From contig CAWCTU010000006.1 in NCBI GenBank assembly GCA_963798405.1, forward strand, positions 17,667 to 81,666: a DNA stretch of 64,000 nt. Reading direction: 5' to 3'. This document shows, piece after piece, positions 45,098-57,058 of the stretch. The DNA comes from an uncultured Actinomycetota bacterium. Its GTDB lineage: Bacteria; Actinomycetota; Actinomycetes; Mycobacteriales; Mycobacteriaceae. The translations under genes and the position numbers were made by a program. The notes below the pieces were generated by a model. That model saw nothing but the letters and a program-made list of their open reading frames with translations. It was not told where the DNA came from and did no database searches. The stretch's first letter is position 1, and each line of letters opens with the position of its first letter.

Positions 45098-46641
45098 CTA
45101 CGCCTTGGCCTTTGCCGCAAACTCACCGGCGACGTCGATCACCCGGTCGCGGTCGGACTTCACCAGCCCGATGCGGGTGCGGCGGTCGACGATGTCGTCG
45201 ACGCTCAATGCGCCCTCGTGGGTGACGGCGTACTCGAATTCGGCTCGGGTGACGTCGATTCCGTCGGCGACACGCTCGATCGGTCGATCGCACGTTGCGC
45301 GGGCGATGACGTTGGGTGCTTCCGCGCCGTACCGAGCGACGAGCGAGGACGGCAGATCGACCGGCGACCGCAGGGTCGCCACCGGGTTCGCGGGCGCACC
45401 GACGAGGGGAAGGTTTCGCGTTCGGCACGCGGTCGCGGTCAGCCCGCGCAGTGCCAACGGCCCGGTCGAGCACGTCCTCGGCCATGTACCGATATTCGGT
45501 GAGCTTGCCGCCGATCACGCTGATCACTCCGTCGGGCGATTCGACGACCGCGTGATCGCGGGACAGGTCGGCGGTGTTGCCCTCGCCGGTGTCGATCAAC
45601 GGCCGCAGACCCGGCATACGAGCCGATGACGTCGTCGGGTCCGAGAGCGACGTCGAGTGCGGTGTTGACGGTGTCGAGGAGGAACGTCACCTCGTCCGAA
45701 GTCGGTTCCGGCACATCGGGAATGGGCCCTGGCGCGTCTTCGTCGGTAAGCCCGAGATAGACCCTGCCGAGTTGCTCGGGCATCGCGAAGACGAACCGGT
45801 TGAGTTCGCCGGGAATCGGAATCGTCAGCGCCGCAGTCGGATTGCCGAACGTCGCGGCGTCGAACACCAGATGGGTGCCGCGGCTGGGGCGCAGTCGGAT
45901 CGACTGGTCGACGTCGCCGGCCCAGACTCCCGCGGCATTGATCACGGCCTTCGCCGACACGGTCAACGACTCTCCGGTCAGCTGATCGGTCAGTCGGACC
46001 GAGGTGCCGGTGGCGTCGGAAGCGCTGACCCTGGTGAGGATTCGCGCGCCGTGTTGCGCCGCCGTGCGGGCCACCGCCGTGACGAGGCGTGCGTCGTCGA
46101 TCAACTGGCCGTCGTGGGCGAGCAGTCCGCCGTCGAGGCCCGCCCGGCGCACGGTCGGCGCCAACTCGACGGCGCGTCGGGCGTCGACGCACCGCGAACG
46201 AGGCAACGTCGACGATGGCGTGCCTGCCAAGATGCGCAGGCCGTCGCCTGCGGTGAAGCCGACCCGCACCAAGGCGCGGGACGCGGTGCTCATCGACGGC
46301 AGGAGTGGCACCAGCTGCGGCATGGCCTTCACCAGGTGAGGTGCGTTGCGCGTCATCAGGATTCCGCGCTCGACGGCACTTCGGCGGGCGATCCCGACGT
46401 TGCCGGTGGCGAGATAGCGCAGGCCGCCGTGGACCAGCTTGCTGCTCCATCTGCTGGTGCCGAACGCGAGGTCGTGCTTCTCGACGAGGACGACGGAGAG
46501 GCCACGCGTCGCGGCGTCGAGGGCGATGCCCGTCCCCGTGATGCCGCCGCCGATGACCACGACGTCGACGGTGCCGTCGTCGGCGAGGGACGCGAGCTCG
46601 GCGGTCCGACGAGTGGCGTTCAGTGCAGTGGAGACGGTCAT
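45098..46641 (-). CDS. glpD: Glycerol-3-phosphate dehydrogenase/oxidase (Rv2249c-like); frameshifted
   Basis: IGGGITG, GTSRWSSKLVHGGLRYL, GLRPL and GGKLTEYR motifs. Confidence 0.92.
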
Positions 46642-47221
46642 GGCCTGAGGTATCCGTTCAATGCGTTGGCGAGTTCGACGGCCAGGGCGTCGGCGTCGAG
46701 GACGGGTTCGACCATGTCCGCGGACTGGATCGTCGACTGGGTGATCAGCAGGCACATCGCGGCCATCTGGCGGGCGTCGCCCGAGCGCACGCTGCCCTCG
46801 TCCTGGCCGGACTTCAAGTCCCCTGCCACGGCGTCGAGGAGGATCTGCTGGCTGGCACCCATGCGTTCGGCGATGTACACCATGGCCAGATCGGGCGCCT
46901 GGTGCAGGACCGACATCACGACCTCGTCGTGGCGCAGGCGTCCCGCGAAGGCGACGATGCGCTCGACGAGCGGCTCACGCCCGACACCGCGGGACGGCAC
47001 GTCGTCGAGGGCGCGCGTGATCCGTGCGGTGAGCAGGGACGCCGAGGATCGAGCGGGTGTCGGGCCAGCGCCGATAGATGGTCGGCCGGCTGACGCCTGC
47101 CCGGCGTGCGATCTCGGCGAGGGTCACCCGGTCGACGCCATAGGCGTGCACGCAGCTCGCCGCCGCGGCGAGGATCTCGGTCCTCGACCGTCGCGGATTC
47201 ATCGTTACTGATTGACAGCAT
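46638..47221 (-). CDS. TetR regulator (Rv2250c-like); frameshifted
   Basis: TLAEIARRAGVSRPTIYRRW HTH. Confidence 0.88.
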
Positions 47222-47238
47222 CTGTAATACTGTAACGC

Positions 47239-48858
47239 ATGACGCACGACGACGCTACGACTCCTGCCCCCGATGAAGTGGAATGCATGGGGCGACCCCG
47301 CCGCCGCCAAGCCGCTCTCCGACGGAATCCGCGCCTTGCTCAAGGGCGCCCTCGGCGTGGACGGCCCGACCTCGGTCGAACTCGACGCGAGACGAGGTAC
47401 GCCTGCGGCCATCGGCACTGCCCGACGCCGATCGCGAGGCGCTCTCCGCCATCGTCGGCGCCGAATACTGCGTCGTCGACGATCTCGACCGGCTGCTGCG
47501 AGCAGGCGGTAAGTCCACTCTGGACCTGTTGCGCCGCAAGGACTCCGGCGCCCAGGATTCGCCGGACGCCGTGCTGCTGCCCGGCGACGAAGACGAGGTG
47601 GCCACGATCCTGCGCCTACTGCGCAGAGCGGGGCATCGCCGTCGTGCCCTTCGGCGGCGGCACCAGCGTCGTCGGCGGCCTCGACCCGATCCGTGGCGCC
47701 TTCACGGCCGTCGTGTCGCTGGACCTGCGTAGGCTGAATCAGCTGCACGGACTCGACGAGATATCCGGTGAGGCCGAACTCGGGGCGGGACTCACCGGCC
47801 CGCAGGCCGAGGAACTGCTTGGTGCGCTTGGCTTTTCGATCGGGCACTTCCCGCAGAGCTTCCAGTTCGCCAGCATCGGCGGCTACGCGGCGACGCGGTC
47901 CTCCGGCCAGAACTCCGCGGGATACGGACAGGTTCGACGACATGGTCCGCGGCGTCCGCGCGGTCACCCCGGCGGGCATCCTGGACCTCGGCCGCGCACC
48001 GGCATCGGCCGCGGGACCCGGACCTGAAGCAGCTGATCCTCGGCTCCGAGGGGGTGTTCGGGGTCATCACGAGGGTGCGGCTACGGGTACACCCGGTGCC
48101 AGAGGTCACGCGGCACGAGGCGTGGTCCTTTCCGGACTTCGCCACCGGCGCCGCGGCTCTGCGCGCCGTCGTCCAGACCGGCGCGGGTCCGACCGTGATC
48201 CGGCTGTCCGACGAAGCCGAGACGGGCGTCAACCTCGCCACCACCGAGAACATCGGCGAGCAGACCATCACCGGCGGCTGCCTCGGCATCACCCTCTTCG
48301 AGGGCACCGCGGAGCACGCCGCGAGCAGGCACGCCGAGACCCGTGCGGTGCTGGAGGCCCACGGCGGCACCTCCCTCGGCGAGGCGCCCGCCCTGGCGTG
48401 GGAGCACGGCCGCTTCGGTGCGCCCTACCTTCGGGATTCCCTGCTGTCGGCGGGAGCACTGTGCGAAACGCTCGAGACGGCGACGAGCTGGTCGAACCTC
48501 GACGCGTTGAAGGCAGCCGTGACAGAGGCGTTGACGGCCGCCGCTCGCCGAATCGGGCACGCCCGCACTCGTGCTGTGCCACATTTCGCACGTGTATCCC
48601 ACCGGGGCTTCGCTGTACTTCACCGTCGTCGCAGGACAGCGAGGAAACCCGATCGAGCAGTGGCAGAAGGCGAAGACCGCCGCCTCCGCGGCGATGGTTC
48701 GATGCGGCGCGACGATCACGCACCACCACGCCGTCGGCGCCGACCACCGGCCCTGGATGCGCGACGAGGTCGGCGATCTCGGCGTCGAGGTGCTGCGCGC
48801 AGTCAAGGCGGTGCTCGACCCCACGGGAATCCTCAACCCGGGCAAGCTGATTCCGTGA
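47239..48858 (+). CDS. FAD-binding oxidoreductase, alkyl-DHAP-synthase-like (Rv2251-like); several frameshifts
   Basis: MKWNAWG, PFGGGTSVVGG, HFPQSF, GSEG.FG, CHISH, THHHAVG and ILNPGKL motifs. Confidence 0.88.
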
Positions 48859-49755
48859 CCATCCAGGGACGCGTCACGCTGCTGACCAACCCTGCCTCGG
48901 GGCACGGCACCGCGTCGCATGCCGCCGAACGGGCCGTCGCACGCTTCCACGAGCGCGGCGTCGACGTCGTCGCCATCGCGGGCACCGACGCCGAGCATGC
49001 CCGCCGCCTCGTCGAGGGCGCGCTCGAGCGCGGCATGGACGCGCTGGTGGTGGTCGGCGGCGACGGCATCGTGTCGCTCGCCCTGCAGGTGCTGGCGCAG
49101 ACCGACATACCGCTCGGCATCGTCCCCGCCGGGACGGGCAACGATCACGCCCGCGAATTCGGCATTCCCACAAAGGATCCCAAGGCGGCAGTCGACGTCG
49201 TCGTCGACGGCCGGAGCGAGACGCATCGACCTCGGGCGCATCCGTGGCGCCGACGGCGTCGACCGCTGGTTCGGCACCGTCATGGCCGCGGGCTTCGACT
49301 CGCTGGTGACGGACCGCACGAACCGCATGCGGTGGCCACACGGTCGGATGCGCTACAACGTGGCGATGGTCGCGGAGTTGTCCAAGCTGCGCCTGCTGCC
49401 ATTCCGGTTGACGTTCGACGGCGGTGAAGAGGTGGTCACCGAGCTCACCCTCGCCGCGTTCGGAAACACGAAGACCTACGGCGGCGGCATGCGGATCTGC
49501 CCCAACGCCGACCCCACCGACGGGCAGCTCGACGTCACGATGGTGGCATCGGCGTCGCGCACGAAGCTGATTCGCCTGTTCCCCACCGTGTTCAAGGGCA
49601 CGCACGTCGACCTCGACGAGGTGCGCACCGCGCGCGCCAAGACCATCACCGTCGAGTGCGCAGGCATCAATGCCTACGCCGACGGCGAGTTCACGAGCCC
49701 GCTTCCGGTCGAGGTGTCGGCGGTGCCGGGTGCGCTGAAGATTCTGCGGCCGTAA
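48855..49755 (+). CDS. dagK: Diacylglycerol kinase (Rv2252-like); frameshift near 49222
   Basis: NPASG, VGGDG, PAGTGND, YGGG and YADGE motifs. Confidence 0.9.
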
Positions 49756-49766
49756 CGTATTCGACC

Positions 49767-50066
49767 GTGCAGTGGGAGTTTGATGCCGAGGTATTCCAGT
49801 GGCGCGGGCCTTCGCCGTACTTCTTCGTCGAGACTCCCGACGACGCCGACGCCTTCCTCCACGATCACTCGGCGGAGTTGACCTACGGCTGGGGTGTGAT
49901 CCCGGCGCGTGTGCGGATCGGTGACACCGAGGTCACGACCTCGCTGATCCCCCGCGAGGACGTCTACCTCGTTCCGCTGAAGGTGGCACTGCGGAAGCCC
50001 GAGCAGATCGATGACGGCGACGTCGTGCGGGTGCACCTGTCGATAGACAAGTTCGACGCACGGTAG
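49767..50066 (+). CDS. DUF1905 protein
   Basis: WRGPSPYFFV, YGWGVIP, TSLIP and YLVPLK motifs. Confidence 0.8.
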   Translation: MQWEFDAEVFQWRGPSPYFFVETPDDADAFLHDHSAELTYGWGVIPARVRIGDTEVTTSLIPREDVYLVPLKVALRKPEQIDDGDVVRVHLSIDKFDAR

Positions 50067-50074
50067 CGGGATGC

Positions 50075-50863
50075 CTACCTCGCGCCTGCCAAGGCGGGCA
50101 TGCGGCGTCCCGAGCAGATCGACGCGGGCGAGGTCATGTGGATGCACATGCGCGACTCGGCCTGCCGTGGCGGACGTCCACCCGCGGCTGCGGCGACCGC
50201 CGACAGCATCGGCCGGAGAATCTCGAACAGCCGCGGCTTGTCGGCCAGGTAGAAGTGCCCGCCACGAAGCGTGCGCACCGAGAACTCCGCGGAGGTGCGC
50301 GAGCGCCACTGCCACAGATCGGCTTCGCTGACGATCGGATCGTCGCTGCCACCCAGGACGTGGATCGGAACGGGGAGCGGCGCGACGTCGGAGTCGTCGT
50401 CAGTCATGCACAGCCGCAGGTCGTTTCGGGCGACCTGGACGACGCTCTCGCGCAGTGCAGGCCACCTGGTCATCTCGGCGGGCAGTCCGCCCAGATCGCA
50501 GAGAAGCGTGCCCAGCTGCTCGTTGTCGAGGTCCTGGACCATGTGCAGCGGCGGCCCGAGGTGGGGCGGCGCATACGACGACAGGAACATCGCCCGCGGC
50601 AGTGGGGAGTTCTCGGCGGCGCGCAGCCGCGCCAAGCGGTAGGCGACCAGGGCGCCGAAGCTGTGCCCGAAGAACATGAACTGGCCCTCGAGTTGCGGCG
50701 CGAGCAGCTCGTTGACCTCGTCGACCAGCTCGCTCAGCGTGGCGAATCGCTCGCGGTTGGGGATCTCGACCGGGATCACCTCGAACGCGGGGCTCAGTGA
50801 TCGCTTCCACGCGTTGAACGCCATCTTGCCACCGCCTGCGTGGTGGAAACAGAACAGCCGCAT
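50075..50863 (-). CDS. Type II thioesterase
   Basis: RLFCFHHAGG, FGHSFG and GGHFY motifs. Confidence 0.9.
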   Translation of the reverse strand: MRLFCFHHAGGGKMAFNAWKRSLSPAFEVIPVEIPNRERFATLSELVDEVNELLAPQLEGQFMFFGHSFGALVAYRLARLRAAENSPLPRAMFLSSYAPPHLGPPLHMVQDLDNEQLGTLLCDLGGLPAEMTRWPALRESVVQVARNDLRLCMTDDDSDVAPLPVPIHVLGGSDDPIVSEADLWQWRSRTSAEFSVRTLRGGHFYLADKPRLFEILRPMLSAVAAAAGGRPPRQAESRMCIHMTSPASICSGRRMPALAGAR

Positions 50864-51051
50864 GGTCACGGTCCTTTCGAGAGGTGCTTGCGCTTTCGTT
50901 GAACACACGATCGCCCGGGCCTCTTGGAAAGTTCTTGATGCGTGCTTGGGGCCTGCCCTTTAGAAAGCTCCAAGGCCTGCGCCACACACTCGGTTTCCCA
51001 GGTGGCTCCCGTAGCCCATCGAACGCATTGGACCGGAAGGAGTTTTACGAC

Positions 51052-52126
51052 ATGTCGACGAACGATCTCTTGCTCGCCCATCCCCGTGAGACCGACTCGC
51101 GGGTTCAGGCCGAGATGCGGACGATGACGTTGCACGGCGACCGCGTCGCCTACCGTGACGAGGGCGCAGGCGAGGTCCTGCTGCTCGTCCACGGCATGGG
51201 CGGAAGTTCGTCCAGCTGGCGTGAACTGGTGCCGAAATTGGCGAAGAAGTATCGCGTCATCGCACCCGACCTGCTCGGCCACGGCCTGTCCGACAAGCCG
51301 CGCGGTGACTATTCCGTCGGCGCCTTCGCCGTCTGGCTGCGCGACCTGTTGGACACCCTCGGCGTGCCGAAGGCGACGATCGTCGGCCATTCGCTCGGCG
51401 GCGGCATCGCCATGCAGTTCGCTCACCAGCACCGCGACTACTGCCAGCGGTTGATTCTGATCAGCAGCGGCGGGCTCGGCGCCGACGTCGGTGCCCTGCT
51501 GCGGCTCCTGTCACTGCCGGGCAGTGAACTCCTGCTGAATGCGCTTGCGTCGCGGCCGGTGCTGCATGCCACCGACGTGCTGCGGGTCAAGCTGTCGCTC
51601 GACGGCGAGGTGACGCGATTCAGCGAGACCTTGCGAGCGCAGGCGTGGCTGACCGACCGCGACAGCCGGCGCGCGTTCCTGCGTACGCTCCGCTCCGTCG
51701 TCGACCATCGCGGCCAGGCGGTGTGCGCGCTGAATCGCCTTCACTGCAACGCCGATCTGCCCGCGTTGATCATCACCGGAGACCAGGACCGCGTGATTCC
51801 CGGTCGCGCATGCGCACGCCGCGCACGCCGCGCTGCCCGGCAGCCGCCTCCACGTTCTTCCCGATGTGTGGCACCACCCGCAGGTGGAATGCCCCGACAC
51901 GGTGATGGCGCTGATCGACGACTTCATCGCGGCGTCCATGGCGTACTCGGTTCGTTCGGTTCGCCAGGAGCCGGCTCAGGCCGCGTGCGGCCGGACGAAT
52001 CAACGGGTCGTCCACACCGACCGGTCGAAGTCGGTGCGGCGCAATCGCATCGCCAGCCAGTTGCGCTCCACCGCGCGTGAGGATTCGGCCTTGCGCCGAA
52101 GCACCCGCCGACACGTGAGGGGATGA
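51052..52126 (+). CDS. Alpha/beta hydrolase; frameshift near 51800
   Basis: VHGMGG, PDLLGHGLS, GHSLGG, GDQDRVIP and HHPQVE motifs. Confidence 0.88.
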
Positions 52127-52329
52127 CTCGGTTGCCGCCGCCGACTCGCCCGATAGCGGTTCTGTGGCGGATACGCTGGGTAGTCATATTGCGGAGGTCT
52201 GGCAATGACGACTTTGATGGCGGCCGACGTTCAGTCCCGACAGGCGACTTCGCCAATTTCTTCTGGGGAGCATTGATCTTCCTCGCGGTGTTCCTGGTGG
52301 GATTCGCAGTGTGGAAGGCCGTCGAATGA
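52123..52329 (+). CDS. Possible small membrane protein
   Basis: C-terminal hydrophobic helix FFWGALIFLAVFLVGFAVW; start position uncertain. Confidence 0.35.
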   Translation: MTRLPPPTRPIAVLWRIRWVVILRRSGNDDFDGGRRSVPTGDFANFFWGALIFLAVFLVGFAVWKAVE

Positions 52330-52591
52330 CTGCGCGATCGGATGGAGACCACCGCGGAGCGGCGCCAAGCCAGCTCGAGACCACGAAAGACTCTTGGGAG
52401 CAGGCGATTTCGCGACCAGCCGGGGATCGCAACTATGCCTCGCTGATCGGTGAGCGGTGAGCATGGGCGGCCTCGCAGGCATGACCCAACGCGAGCAGGA
52501 GATCCTCTTCTCGACCTATGCGCCCCGCAAGGTGCGCAAGGAGATGAAGCAACGCCTCAGGGCGCGCGAGCGAAAGGCAGCGCGGGCGCGG

Positions 52592-53107
52592 TTAGCCGAC
52601 CCCGCGATTGAGCCAGGTCATCTCGCCGGCGTCGCCGCCTCCGCGGTAGGCCTCGAGCGCCTCGTCCCACGCGGTGCCGAGCACCGTGTCCAGTTCGGCG
52701 GCGAGGGTGTCGGCGCCCGCGGACATCAGTCCGCGCAGCCGTTGCTCCCCCACCATCACGTCACCGTTGGCGCTCATCGCGCCGCTCCACAACCCGAGCT
52801 GCGGGGTGTGGCACCAGCGGTGGCCGTCCACTCCCTCGCTCGGATCCTCGGTGACCTCGAACCGCAGCACGGACCACGATCGCAGGGCATTGGCCAGCGC
52901 GGCGCCCGTGCCGACCGGGCCGATCCAATTGGTGACGGCACGGAGCTGACCCGTGAGCGCCGGCTGCGGCGTCCACTTGAGATTGGCCCTTGCCGACAGG
53001 GTCGACGAAAGAGCCCACTCGACATGTGGGCATACCGCCGCGGGCGAGGCGTGGACGTACACCACGCCAGTGGTCGCATCGGCGAACTGGTTCGACGCAC
53101 GCATCAT
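52592..53107 (-). CDS. DUF3145 protein (Rv2256c-like)
   Basis: GVVYVHASPAAVCPHVEWAL and LRFEVTED motifs. Confidence 0.92.
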   Translation of the reverse strand: MMRASNQFADATTGVVYVHASPAAVCPHVEWALSSTLSARANLKWTPQPALTGQLRAVTNWIGPVGTGAALANALRSWSVLRFEVTEDPSEGVDGHRWCHTPQLGLWSGAMSANGDVMVGEQRLRGLMSAGADTLAAELDTVLGTAWDEALEAYRGGGDAGEMTWLNRGVG

Positions 53108-53220
53108 CTGCTCCTTCGGCTTTCACAGGGACGTCTTCCCCAACGACCTGGTGAAATGTGGAAGGTAACGATGCAGTTGTGTCGCGCGTGTCTATTGTGC
53201 CCCCTGTGGCACCTGTTGCG

Positions 53221-54046
53221 CTAGTGTGCCTCGAATTCTCTCAGCACTCCATCAGAGAGCCCAGGCCACAGCGGGTAGGCCCAGTTGTCGAAGTCCAGAT
53301 CCGTCAGCACGACCAAGGCCAGGTCAGCGGCCGGATCGACCCAGATGAACGTGCCCGTCTGACCGAAGTGACCGAACGTCCGCGCCGAGTTGCGCGAACC
53401 CGTCCAGTGCGGTTTCTTGCCGTCGCGGAGCTCGAAGCCAAGGCCCCAGTCGTTCGGTCGCTGCACTCCGAAGCCGGGCAGCACGCCGTCCAGCCCGGGA
53501 AACTGAACCGACGTGGCGTCTGCGTGCATCTCGGGCGACACGACATTCGGCCGCAACAGGTCGGCGGCGAACGACGCCAGGTCGGCCACCGTCGACGTCC
53601 CGCCGTATCCGGCTGCCGCGCCCCCGCCTGCCAGGTCGGAGGTCGACATCCCGAGCGGCTCGAAGACCGCCTCGGTCAGGTACCGGTCGAAGGCGATGCC
53701 CGATGCCTCCTCGACCGCCTCGGCGAGCAGGCCGAAGCCGTAGTTCGAATAGACGCGTCGCTTCCCTGGCTGCGCTCGCAAATCCGCCGTTCTGCATCGA
53801 CACCCCCGACGCGTGCGCGAGCAGGTGCCGGATGGTGGAGCCGGGCGGGCCCGCGGGAGTGTCGAGATCGACGACGCCCTCCTCGACCGCAACCTGGACC
53901 GCACGCGCGACGAGCGGCTTGGTCACCGAGGCCAGAGCGAAGCGACGGTCGACGTCGCCGTGCTGGGCCAGGATTCCCGACGGCCCGACGACCGCCGCGG
54001 CCGCATGGGGGACCGGCCAGTCGGCGATGACTCCGAGGGCAGACAT
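53221..54046 (-). CDS. Serine hydrolase, beta-lactamase family (Rv2257c-like); frameshift near 53785
   Basis: ASVTK (SxxK), LLAHASG, YSN and GHFG motifs. Confidence 0.9.
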
Positions 54047-54056
54047 CCTGCGGAGC

Positions 54057-54996
54057 CTAGCTGGCCGTCAACGCCTCGAACATCGCCGCTACGTGGCGCG
54101 CATCGGTGCCACAGCATCCGCCGACCACCGCCAACGCAGGCAGGCTCTCGCGCAGGGCCGGGTGGCGCGCGCCCAGATCGGCGGGGTCGCCCTCATCCAG
54201 TTCGGTCGATTCGTCGAGCTCGGCGTGGCTCCTCGTCGACGCGTTGGCGCGCAAGCCCGCTACTCGTTTGCAGCCAGGCGCCGTCGTCCTTCAGAACGTC
54301 GGCGAAATGCGTTGGGTGCGCACAGTTCACCATGAAGTAGACGGCTGCCCCGTCGGTCGCCGCGTCGACCTGTTCGATCGCGTCGCGTAGTCGCTGGCCA
54401 CTGGGAAGTCGCCCATCGGTCTCGGTGGTGAAGGAGATCGCCGCAGGGATGCCCGCGGCCGCGGCTGCCCGAACCACGCCGGTCGCCTCCTCCGCGTTGG
54501 TCATCGTGAGCGCGGTGACCTGATCGGCCGTCGTGGATGCGAACGTCCCGATCTGGACCGCGTGATAGCGCTCGGCGTCCTCTGGTGTCATCGCGGTTGC
54601 CGCGTCGTAGCCGTCGCCGCGTGGACCGACACAGCCACTCACCACCGCGGTGATGCCGTCCGCCGCCGCCGCTGCCCGGACCTCCTCGGCGAGCGCCACC
54701 GCGGAGCGGTTGACTGCGTCCAATTGGTCTGCGGCGTAGCCGAGTTGGGTGGCCCAGTCGGGGTTCGCGCGCCACGTGGGCGTCTCGATCACGAACCCCA
54801 GCCGGTGCCTTCGGGCGATGGCCAGATACCCGTCGTAGTAGCGCCGCAGTCGGGTGCGACCGTTCGCGTCGTCGAGCAACGGAAACGCCGCAAAGCATGG
54901 CAGGTCGATCCCGTCGTGGAAGACCAGCTCGGTCTCGAGCCCGCCGTCGGTGACGAAGAGCTGATCGCCAGAAAGCTGAGGGAGGGTTGCCGTCAT
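54057..54996 (-). CDS. Homocysteine S-methyltransferase family; frameshift near 54265
   Basis: TDGGLETEL, GPRGDGY, VNCAHP and GGCCGT (Zn ligands) motifs. Confidence 0.9.
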
Positions 54997-55846
54997 TGCG
55001 TGCCGCCGCACTGCAGTTCGTCGAGCAGGTGCACCGCGACTGCGTCGAGGTCGGCGATTTCGCGGCGAAGAACGTCGGCCCGTCGGCTATCGGACGGCGA
55101 TCCGGCCAAGCGGAGCAGGTGTACCTCGTGGATCGCCCGATAGACAGCGGAGTCGACGATGTCGCTCCATTGCCCCATCGATTCGATCCAGGTCCGAACG
55201 TGTTCGCCTGCACCATGTCGCGCGCCGATCCGGAGCACGAGCCGATAGGCGTCACCGCCCCACTCGACGGGCACGTTCGGGCCGAGCACCGGCAACAGGG
55301 CACCATCGAGCAGACGGCAGCCGTCGCCGATACGCCCGTCGAGCAGCGCCGCTACCCCACGGACGACGTCCGCCAGGACCGCTATCCCTGGGTCGACGTC
55401 CCGGCCGACCTGATCCAAGGTACTGCAGTTCCTTGGTCAAGGCGTCGGCGTCACCGAGATCGGCTGCGGACACCGCCGCCACGTAGGCGACGTATCCGCG
55501 TACCGGGCTAGTCGGTGCTCCGGTGAGCAGTTGTCGCGCCTTGTCCGCCCAGTCGGACGCGATGTCGCTCGTGCCCACGCGACCGCCACATCATCGACAG
55601 GCTCGCCGCTTTCATTGCGGCAGCAGCAGGATCGGTACGTGCCGACCGGTCGTACACCCGCTCTGCCAGTCGGGCTGCCTCACGTCCGTGACCGAGCAGC
55701 CACGCCGCGGTGGCGAACGCATCGAGGTCGTCGAGCGCCATCGAGCCCACGGCGTCCGCGCGCACGAACGCCGTGTAGCTGGCGCTCCATTCGCGCCGCC
55801 GGTAGGCGCTTCGCGCCATGCTGAGGTGGTCGGTCAACGTGTCCAT
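54993..55846 (-). CDS. TPR-like protein resembling the sensor half of LuxR-family regulators, without an HTH; frameshifted
   Basis: ARSAYRRREW..Y..F..AD..DDL..ATAAWLLG helical repeats; ATGA overlap with the methyltransferase gene. Confidence 0.6.
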
Positions 55847-55972
55847 CGGTCCCCCCATCACACCAGTTGAAGGGATCTCTTGGCGCGCGAGTTCGGAGAT
55901 CCAGCGTCGCGTCCGGATCGATCGTGTGGACACCTTTCCGCATCCGTCAATGCGGGCACTAGGTTGTAGGGC

Positions 55973-57058
55973 ATGAGTCAGACGGTGCGAGGTGTCATTT
56001 CACGGTCCAAGAAGCAGCCGGTCGAGATCGTCGACGTGGTGATCCCCGACCCGGGTCCCGGCGAGGTCGTCGTCGACGTCATCGCGTGCGGCGTCTGCCA
56101 CACCGACCTGACCTATCGCGAGGGCGGGATCAACGACGAGTACCCCTTCCTGCTCGGCCACGAGGCGTCGGGCACCGTCGAGGCGATCGGCGAAGGCGTC
56201 ACCAACGTCGAGGTCGGTGACTTCGTGATCCTGAACTGGCGCGCCGTGTGTGGCCAGTGCCGGGCGTGCAAACGCGGCCGTCCGCAGTACTGCTTCGACA
56301 CCCACAACGCCGCCCAGAAGATGACCTTGACCGACGGCACCGAACTCACCCCCGCGCTGGGTGTCGGGGCGTTCGCCGACAAGACGCTCGTCCACGAGGG
56401 CCAGTGCACCAAGGTCGACCCCGAAGCGGACCCTGCGGTGGCAGGCCTGTTGGGCTGCGGCGTGATGGCGGGCATCGGCGCGGCCATCAACACCGGCAAC
56501 GTCGGCCGCGACGACACCGTCGCCGTCATCGGCTGCGGCGGTGTGGGCGATGCCGCGATCGCCGGCGCCGCCCTGGTCGGCGCGAAGCGGATCATCGCCG
56601 TGGACACCGACAACAAGAAGCTCGAGTGGGCCCGCGAGTTCGGCGCTACCCACACCATCAATGCCAAGGAATTCGACGTCGTCGAGACCATCCAGGACCT
56701 CACCGACGGCAACGGCGCCGACGTCGTGATCGATGCGGTCGGTCGGCCCGAAACGTGGAAGCAGGCGTTCTATGCTCGCGATCTTGCGGGAACCGTTGTG
56801 CTGGTTGGTGTTCCGACGCCGGACATGACGCTCGAGATGCCACTGGTCGACTTCTTCTCGCGCGGCGGATCACTCAAGTCGTCGTGGTACGGCGACTGCC
56901 TGCCCGAACGCGACTTCCCCACGCTGATCAGCCTGTACCGACAGGGCCGACTTCCGTTGGAGAAGTTCGTCTCCGAGCGCATCGGCCTGGACGGTATCGA
57001 GGACGCCTTCCACAAGATGCATGCCGGTGAGGTCCTGCGCTCGGTGGTGATCCTGTGA
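55973..57058 (+). CDS. mscR: S-nitrosomycothiol reductase / mycothiol-dependent formaldehyde dehydrogenase
   Basis: CGVCHTD, GHE, CGQCRAC and [14 protein letters not shown] motifs; leaderless TAGGTT-7nt-ATG. Confidence 0.95.
   Translation: MSQTVRGVISRSKKQPVEIVDVVIPDPGPGEVVVDVIACGVCHTDLTYREGGINDEYPFLLGHEASGTVEAIGEGVTNVEVGDFVILNWRAVCGQCRACKRGRPQYCFDTHNAAQKMTLTDGTELTPALGVGAFADKTLVHEGQCTKVDPEADPAVAGLLGCGVMAGIGAAINTGNVGRDDTVAVIGCGGVGDAAIAGAALVGAKRIIAVDTDNKKLEWAREFGATHTINAKEFDVVETIQDLTDGNGADVVIDAVGRPETWKQAFYARDLAGTVVLVGVPTPDMTLEMPLVDFFSRGGSLKSSWYGDCLPERDFPTLISLYRQGRLPLEKFVSERIGLDGIEDAFHKMHAGEVLRSVVIL

Noticed and set aside
52457-52600. Short basic ORF start (MTQREQEILFSTYAPRKVRKEMK)
   Set aside because: It runs antisense through DUF3145 with no nearby stop and no recognisable family; cannot be supported without homology data.
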